Source: Candidatus Versatilivorator sp.
GTDB lineage: Bacteria > Acidobacteriota > Terriglobia > Versatilivoradales > Versatilivoraceae
DNA length: 64,000 nucleotides
Direction: 5' to 3'
Assembly: GCA_965207735.1 (NCBI GenBank)
Contig: OZ242296.1
Span: 3,936,001-4,000,000, forward strand
Below are positions 48,996 to 57,900 of the stretch, one piece after another. A program made the position numbers and the translations under genes. A model generated the notes under the pieces. The model had not been told where the DNA came from, did not search any database, and was given only the letters and a program-made list of their open reading frames with translations. Positions within the stretch are counted from its first letter, which is position 1. Each line of letters begins with the position of its first letter.

Positions 48996-51900
48996 CTACT
49001 CCCGGGCAGGCAAGTATGCACCATCGCCGCTACGTTCTCCCGGAGCCCCGCCGTCGTTGACCACCCCATAGGCCAGAAACGGGTTCTCCCCCGACACCTT
49101 CTCGATCCGGATATACCCCTGCCGGGTCTCCGAAGAGGCTCTGCCCAGGATCCCGTTGATCTGATACCAGCTCCGCGCCGGGATCGGCCTGGTCACCACC
49201 GTCTCGGCCAGCATCCCCGTCTCCCCGTCGTAGATCTCCAGGTGGAAGACGCTCTCACTGCCGTCCACCTCCCCCGTGTTCACCAGCGCCAGGTTGCTGC
49301 GGTTCTCCTGGTTCTGCTGCAATCCCTCCACCCAGGCCTCCTCGGTGAAACCCTCACCCCGCGGCACCGCGTTGTAGAAAACGCTGTATTGCCCGCCCCC
49401 TCCCTTTGAACCTGTCCTGGCTCCGATCACGATCCCGCTCAGGTCTCCCTCTCCGGCCCTGACGAACACCGGTCCCGCGTAGAACCCCCGCGTCGCCCCC
49501 AGCCCCGCCACTCCCTGGCGCCGCAACTCCTCCACCACCTCGGGCACGATCGCCTGCTCGCTCCCTTCCAGCTCCATGCTGAAAGCAGCCGTCTTGTCGT
49601 CGGTCTTGACTTGCTCGCCCACAAACTCGAATTCCAGCCTCCTGGGCTCCTCGGAGAAGTTCGTCACCGTCAACTCGCTGGTGAACTCGCTCGTCTCCAC
49701 GATCACCGGCAAGGTCTGCGCCACCTTCCCCTCCAGCGAACCTGCCGTCACCGGAAAGACGAACGACCCGTCCGAGTTCCCCTGGTCGTTGATCACCCCG
49801 TAGGCGTAGAAGGGGGCCTCTCCCTCCACACGCTCCACCTTCACGTAGCCGTTCTCCACACCGCCCAGCACTCCCGAAAACTGATGAAACTCTCCCGGCA
49901 TCAGCACCACGTCCTTCAGCACCCGGAGCGTCGTATCCCCCGCCTCTCCCGAATAGACCGTGGTCCTCAGCGTGATCGTTCCCTCTTCCGGCGCCCCCAT
50001 GTTCTGGAAGGCCACGTTCGAGCGATCCTGGCTGTTCTGCCTGAGCCCGCACAGATAGACCGCCTCCTCAAAGCCCTCTCCCTCCGCCACCCCCGGGTAG
50101 GCCAGCCCCGCCCTCCCCTCTGGCACCAGCGTGGTGGTCCGCACCACCGCCTCCACCTCGGACTTCACTGCCACCTCCACCCTCAATGTCCCGATCCGGT
50201 TCCCCGTTGCGGGAATCGGTACCCCCAGACCCCTCAGATAGTCCAGGGCGTCGGTCTCGATCTTCTGCCGGCCTGCCTCGAGCCGGTCGGTGGCCGTGCC
50301 GCTTCCCCCGCCTGCATCCGACGTGTAGATGTAGTGGAGCGTGGCCTCTTCCATCCCACGGTTGGTCAGCGTCAGCTCCGAGGTGAAAAACGAGTTGTTC
50401 CGCCCCGCCGAGGACAGGATCACCGGAACGAACAGCGACCCCGTCGTCAGCCGGAAGCTCCCCTCGGCCACCTCCCCTTCCCCGCAGTCGTAGAGGTACC
50501 CGCCCACTCCCGACTCGGTGAAGCTCAAACGAAGCTCGCAGGAGGCCCCGTCATCGTAGTCGAGCCTCACCGTCCCCCTGCCCGCACCTGTCCTCTCATA
50601 GGCGTAGCTGCCCGATCGCGAAGTGGTGCTCTCCGATCGGGAGTCGGCGCTCTCCGACCGAATCGCCGCCCGCGCTTCCACCCTCTCGATCTGCTCGAAT
50701 CGGTTGCCTTCTGCAAACCGCAGTTCAATGCGTCTGGCGGTCCCCTCTTCGCCCGTGATCCTCAGGGTCGCCCGCCTCCCCTCCAGGTCCTCCTCGCTGA
50801 AGTCCGCCGGATCCTCTGCGTCGGGCTCCTCCATCCCCGTCCTGCCTTCCCCCGGCTGCGACCACTCACCCCTCCCCTCTTCGTTCACGGCTCTCACCTC
50901 CACCCGGTAGAGCCTCTCCTCCTCCAGGCCCGTCAGCGTCAACATGAGTCCCGTCCCCTCGTGCCCCCCGTCCCGGTAGCCTTCCTCTCCCTCCTCCCGG
51001 TAGCGCACCTCATAGCCGGTGATCTCAGGCCCTCGGTTCTCAGGCTCGGACCAGCTCACCGTCAGGCTGTCCGTGCCCTCCGCTCTCACCTCCGGCGTCC
51101 CCACCGCCCCCGGCGGCTCCTCCTCGTCACTCACCCGCACCCGTATGGCCCTCTGTCTCCTCCGCTCCCTCTCCCCCTCTCCGCTCCTCGCCTCCACCAC
51201 CACCACGTATTCGTTGTCTCCTGCAGGGCTTTCGGGCTCCGCGCTCACCGCATCGGCAGGCCTCTCATAGTCCGGCGCCTCCGTGAAGCTCAGCTCTCCC
51301 GTCTCCTCAACTACCCTAAACAGTGCCCCGTCCGCTCCTCCCGCGATCCCGTAGCCGGCAACCTCGTCCCCCTCGTCGGAGTCCACCGCCTCCAGCCGCA
51401 CTACCTTCCTCTGGTTCTCCACCACCTCGAACTGCCCCGGGCTGGTGATCTCAGGCACCCGGTTCAGCTCGCTCAGCCGGAAGCTCCCCTGTCCCTGCAA
51501 CGCGCCCCCGCAGCGGTAGCTGTAGCTGCCTGCTCCCACTCCGCTGAAGCTCATCCGCAGCTGGCACGACTCCCCCCCGTCGTAGTCCAGGCTCAGCTCT
51601 CCCGTCGTCCGGCTGGTGTAGCGGTACCGGTAGCTCCCCATGCGGGTCGCCGTCACTTCCCCCGCTGTGTCCAGCTCCCTCTCCTCGAACCGCAGCCCCC
51701 CTCCAAACCTCACCTTCAGACTCCGCCGGCTTCCTCCAAACGGCGTCCACTCCAATCCGGCCTCTCCACCCTCCAGGTCCTCCGCCCGGAAGTTCGACCG
51801 ATAGGCCGGGTCCAGAGGCATCACCGCCTCCACCGTCTCCGTCTCCCGCCCGTTGCCGATCTGGTTGACCCCACGCAGCTCCAAGGCATAGACCGTCCCG

Positions 51901-54900
51901 TTGAGAAGCCCCATGAGGGTGTAGCCGGAGGCGTTGACCTCCCCGGGGGCGCTGTCCGGGATGGGTGTCCACTCGCCGACCTCGCCCAGGCCTTCTTTGA
52001 GGCGGTACTCGTAGCGCAGGATCTCGGCGCCCCCGTCGCTTTCCGGCGGGCTCCACGCCAACCGCACCGCCCCGTCCCCGGGCGTCGCCGTCAGGACTGC
52101 CGGCGCTTCCGGCGCAAACAGCAGGCCACCGCCGCCGCCACCACCTCCTCCGCCTCCTCCACCGACGCCACGACCTCCTCCTCCAGCTATCGGCGTGGCC
52201 ATCGCCGTCTCTACCCCGCCCTTGCCCAGAGCATTGACCGCCCGCGCCTCGATGACATATTCCCGGCCGTTGATCAGGCCTCCCACCGTCACCCCGATCG
52301 ACCCAGCTCCCACGTTCTCCCACTCGCTCCACGCGTCTCCCACCGCTTGATACCGGTACTCGTAGCGGATGATGGCCGAGCCTCCGTTATCCGACGGCCG
52401 ATTCCATCTCAACCTCACCGATTCGTTGCTCCCGTTGGCCGCAAGACTCAATGTCGAAATCGGTTCGGGCGCCCCAGGCGGCGACACCCGCACCGCAAGC
52501 GGCTCCTCGGGATCTTCGTTCGGCTTGCTGTCCGCAGACGAGTTCACACGGCCCGCCGGCACCGTCAACGTCAAGGTGTAGCTGTGGGCCACACTGCCGG
52601 TATGCGGGGTCACCGTGGTGGTGAAAACCCGGTCGTCAGCCGTTTGCAGGGCCCCGATCCCCGGATCGCAAGACACCGGATTGTTCAGATCGTCAGTGCA
52701 CTCAGGATCCTGGTCGGACTCGATGTCGCTCCCGCTGAACCCCGGCACCGGCTCAGAGAAGCTGATTCTCACCGTGAACGAACCCGACACCGGAGGCTCG
52801 GTGCCGCTCGTCATCACGACCGTCAGCGGCGTCACGGTCATCCCCTCGCCCGATTCCGACCAGTCACTCGTCCCCTCGTCGTTTCTGGCCCGCACCTGTA
52901 CCTCGTAGTCCGTGCCCGGCTCGAGGTCGGAAAGGGGCAAGCTGAGGCCCGGCCCGTCGTGGCCTCCGTCACGGAAGCCCCCCCTGTCCTTTTCCCGGTA
53001 CTGCACGTCATAGTCGGTGATCGGAGGGCCGGTGTTGTCCGGCTCGTTCCAGTTCACCGTCAGACTGTCGGTCGTCTCCTCCGAAAACGTGGGTGCGTCC
53101 GGAACACCAGGAGGTTCCCGCTCGTCGGTCACCGTGATCGTGAACGTCTTCTCCACCGTCAGCTCCCTGGATCCCGTCCCGCTGGTCACTTCCACCGTTA
53201 CCTCGTACTCGTTGTCTCCGGGACCTTCGAAATCCGACTGATCCCGGAAGCTCAACTCCCCTGTGTCCGAGGTAATCTCAAACCGCGACTGATCAGCCCC
53301 GCCCGTAATCGCCCAGCCCGTCACTTCGTCCCCCGGGTCGGTGTCCCTCCCCGCCAGACGCCTCGCCGCCGTCTGGTTCTCCGGAACTTCGAACGAACTC
53401 GGACTCGTGATCTCCGGGTCCGTGTTGGGCGCACCCGTCGTGTTGGTTACCGACCGGTTGCTCAGCCCCGCTGCGTCATTGCCCACCTCGTCCTGGATCG
53501 GGTTGGTCCCCACTGTGTAGCTCACCCGAATCCCCGTATCCCCGTGCTCCACCTCGGGGTTGAGAGTCAGGGTCACCACAGTCCCGCCGATCAAGACTCC
53601 CGAAACGGTTCGCCCACTCCCGTCCACCTCTGCCGTGAAGTCTTCTGGAGCGGGCCTCGATCCTTCGTCCAGCGCCTCTCCGTAGGTCAGCGTCAGCGAG
53701 GCCCCGTCCACCGCCGCACTCGCAAACGCCGGCCTCACCCCGTCCACCTGGTGCCCCGCCTGCGTCGCCACCGTCTCATGGGCCAGCGCCGCCGCATTGT
53801 CCGCCTCATCCTTAATGCTTCCTCCGTTGAGCGTCAGTTGGTCTGCCTCCACGCTCACGCCGTCGGTGTCTTCGTCGCCATCGACCACCTCATAGCCGAA
53901 CACCAGCGCCGCCGTGCCCGTGCCGCTCTCATAGCCGGCCATGCGATTCCTGCCCCCCACGCTCAGCCTCAGCCGCGGTGTTCCCGTTACCGTCACCGTC
54001 TCGTTGAACCTCACCGTCACCTCGATCTCGTCCCCCGCCGCATAGATCTGATCCCCCCCGGGGTTCGAGGTGATGGCCAAACTGCTCACCGTCGGCGGGG
54101 TCGTGTCCGGAGTTTCGTTGGTCACCGGCACGCGGCTCAGCGTCATCGCCGCGTTGCCCACCGCGTCCCGAATCGGGTTCATTCCCGGCGTATAGCTCAC
54201 CCGGATCCCTGCTTCCTCGTGCTCGGCTCCCACATCCAGGGTCAACTCCACCGTCGCACCGCGGAGCGCAACTCGGGTGATCGTCCGCGTATGATCGCCT
54301 CCATCCACCGTGAAGTCCCCCGGCTCAGGGGTCGAGCTCCCGTCGAGCGGCTCGTCGTAGGTCAGTGTCAGCATCGTCCCGTCGACCACCGCTCCGCCGG
54401 TGACAACCAGCTGCGGGTTGACCGCATCCACTTTGTGGCCCGAGTCGGCGGCCACCGCATCATGGTCCAGTTCAGCATCATTGCTCGAGCCGTCTTTGAT
54501 CGTCCCCCCGTTCCGGTCGATGCGGCCGGCAGCAAGGCTCACCCCGTCGGTGTCCAGGTCGCCGCTCGCCACCGGGTAGGCGAACACCAGCGTGTCGCTG
54601 TTCGAACCGCGGGCGTAGGTCGCCGGCTTTGTCTGCACCCCCACCGTCAGGGACAACCGCGGCAGCCCCGTCACCACCACGGTTTCATCGAACGTCACCG
54701 TCACCTCGATCTCCTCGCCGATCGCATAGGTCAGGTCCGGCCCCGGGTTCGAGCTGATCTCGACCCTACTCACCGTCGGCGCCGTGGTGTCTTCGGCGAT
54801 CCTGAGTATGCGGTCCGCGCTGCCGCCGTTCGAGGTGGTCACATACAGGGCTCCGTCAGGACCCAACATCGGGGTCCGCAGCCGACCGAAAGCGCCGTTT

Positions 54901-57900
54901 AGCTCGGGCACGATGACCTGACTCACGAAGGCCCCTTCCGGGGTGAACTCGAAGAGGCGTAGCTTGCTGTCCGCGAGCGTAGCCACCGCCAGTCGCCCCT
55001 CCCAGACGCCCCAATGCTCGCCCTCGAGGAAGATGCCGCCGCTAGTAGCCAAGGTTGAGGAACCCGACGACCACTTGGCCTCAAGGGCGTCAGGGAACTT
55101 CGCGAGGTCGGTCATGGAGACCCTTTCGCTGTAGCCGGGCACTGGGTCCCAGCCGTAGTTGCGGCCGGCAACCAGCAGGTTGATCTCGTCGTCCACTCTC
55201 GGGCCGTGCTCCACCGACCACATCTGGCTCGTGCCTGGGCGGAGAGCCAAGCCCTGCACGTTCCTGTGGCCATAGGTGTAGACCGGTGATGGAGCGAATG
55301 GGTTGGTCGGCGCCCCGGCGCCCGTGGATGCGTCGACTCGAAGGACCTTCCCTCCGAGCGAGCTCAGATTCTGCGGGACCGTCCCGGATGCCGCGTCGCC
55401 GGTCGCGATCCACAGATAGCCCTGCGGTCCGAAGCGCAGCCGGCAGCCGCCGTGACGACCGCTGGTGATGGGCATGTCCCCGACAAGGGGATCGGCGTCT
55501 CGGGTGGCCGCATTGTAGGTGGTGTCGATGGTCCAGGCGATCACCTGTATCTCAGGCCCGGTGTGGCCCTGGCAGGTGTAGAAGCGCCGGTTGGAGGCAA
55601 AACTCGGATCGACGACGATGCCCATCAATCCGGTCTCTCCGCTAGCGAACAAGTCGCTGAAATCGGCGGTGACGGTCTGGACCGTGCCATCGGTGAGTCG
55701 ACGGCTCAGCACACCCCCCCGCTGGGTGAACAGCATCGTCCCGTCGGGCGCGAAGGCGATGTCCCAGGGGATCGACAGGCCGGAGACGAGAGTGTCAACC
55801 TGGAGATCGGGCGGGGCGATCTCGCTGCTGCTTACCCCCTGCGCCTGCTTGCCGGAACCCTGCGCGTCGTTGTAGGACGCTGTGGCTCGCAGGTACATTT
55901 CTTTATCGTCGCTGGACGGCGTATAGCTGGCCGAGGTAGCGCTGCCGATATCGGTCCAGCCCGTGCTGCGGTCCGAAGACCTGGCCCATTGCCAGCTCCT
56001 GCTGTTCACACCGCCGTCGGGATCACTCAAGGTCGCCCTGATTGCAGACCCGATCTGGGAGAAGCTGACCGTTCCGGCTTCCTCCAGGTTGCGCACGCTG
56101 ACGGTGATCGTGTGCTCCGCCGTCAGCGCCCGATCGGCCGTGCCGCCGGTCGCCGTCACGGTCACGACGTACTCGTTGTTTCCCGCCTCGTTGAGGGGAT
56201 CCGTGCTGGCGACATCCGCTGCACTCTCGTAGTTCGGCGGGACCTTGAAGGTCAGCACACCCGTCGTTTCGCCGATATCGAACTTCATAGAGTCGGCCCC
56301 GCCGGTAATCGCATAGCTGACCCCGTCGACGCTGTCCGGGTCCGCGGCGGCCACAGTGGCTGCCGCCGTCTGGTTCTCGTCCGCTTGGAAGCTCGCCATG
56401 CTGGTGAAGGACGGCGCGGTGTTGACCGACTGGCGAGTGAAAGTCAGGGTCGCGATCCGCTGGTTCGAGAACTTGCCCTTTCCCCGGAGGCTGGTGATCG
56501 TTTCCTGGGGGATGGTCTTGGTGGTTGACAGCCCGAACCCCTCGCCCTCCGCGGTCCCGGAGTCCCAGGGATACAGCTTCACCTCGTGCGACGCCAGCCA
56601 GTTGCCGTCCACGTCAAGCAGCGAGAGCCCGGAAACGCCCACGAACCAGTCGGGGCTCGGGGCGATCATCGTCAGCAGGGTGACCCGGGGATGGTCCGTG
56701 GTCAGCGTAACCATCTGGATGGTCTCGGTATCCTCCGCGCCGAGGCCGCCCGCGCTCTGGAGGACGCTGAGGCTGTCGGTTCCGGCGGCATTCACTTCGG
56801 CGGCCAACGTGGTCGTGGTCCCGCGTTCCGCCATCGCCGCGACCCCGGCGGTGGCGGTGCCGCCGGCTTCCAGGAAGGTCACGGCGTCGTTGTGGATGCC
56901 GCCGATCAGGGTCGTGAAGTGTGCGGTGTTGGGTACGCCGCCGGGGGTGACGGACGTGGTCCACTCGCTGGTGAAAACCACCCTGTAGACAGCCTTCGAC
57001 CTGATCGCGACCTCCGGGTCGTCCGGGCTCGGTGTCAACGACGGGTCGGTGCCGGCGATGAGGGCCGAAATCCCCGCCGCGTTCTTGCCCGAGTCCAGCG
57101 GGTCGGTGTAGGACGCCGTCGCCCGCAGGTAGTTCCCCGTGTCGGCGGCAACCGGCGTGTAGCTCGAGGTGGCGCCGTTGCCGGTGGCTCCGGTGACGGC
57201 GGTCCAGGGGCCGGAGACGCTGGTGGACTTATCCCACCTCCAGGTGACGTCGCTCACCGCGCCGTCCGGGTCGGTCAGTGTCGCGGTCACTGCCGTGCCC
57301 ACCGTAGGCAGCGCCGACACCGACACCCTCCCGGCCTCATCCGCGTTGGTGACGGTGATCGTCACGTCGACCCTGTCGTCGGTGAGGGTGTCGGGCTCGC
57401 CGCTGCCGTCCTTGCTGTCGCGAACCGTGACGGTGACGGCATAGCTCGACCTGGTCTCGTAGTCGAGGGCGGCCTTCGTCTGCAACTGCCCGCTCGTCTC
57501 AACGATATCGAAGGCGGCGGCGTCCGTCCCGCCCAAGGTATACGTCAGCGTGTCGCCGTCCGCGTCGATGGCCGCCACGGCCGCGCCGATGTTCTCGCCC
57601 GGCCCCGCGTCCTCCGCCACCGCGCGGGCGCCGGTCTCGCTGGAGGGGAACGCCGGCTGGTTGTTGCTGCCGATCGAGGTCGGGCGGGTGACGTTGACGG
57701 TGTAGGTCTTGCTCGCCGAACCGTTCGTGACCGCGAAGCTGATGGCCGTGGTGGCGCCCGCGGCAACGTTCACCTGGTGGCCGTTGGCGTCGTCGCCGTC
57801 CGCGTCGGCGGGGGTGATGACGACCGCGGCCCGGCCCTGGACCGGGTCGGCCGCCACGGTGACGACGGCCACACCGGCGGCGACATCGACGGCGTAGGTC

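Noticed and set aside
49611-54902. 1763-aa plus-strand ORF (also 56586-58982)
   Set aside because: Antisense shadow of the giant surface protein; Arg/Pro/His-rich with no motifs
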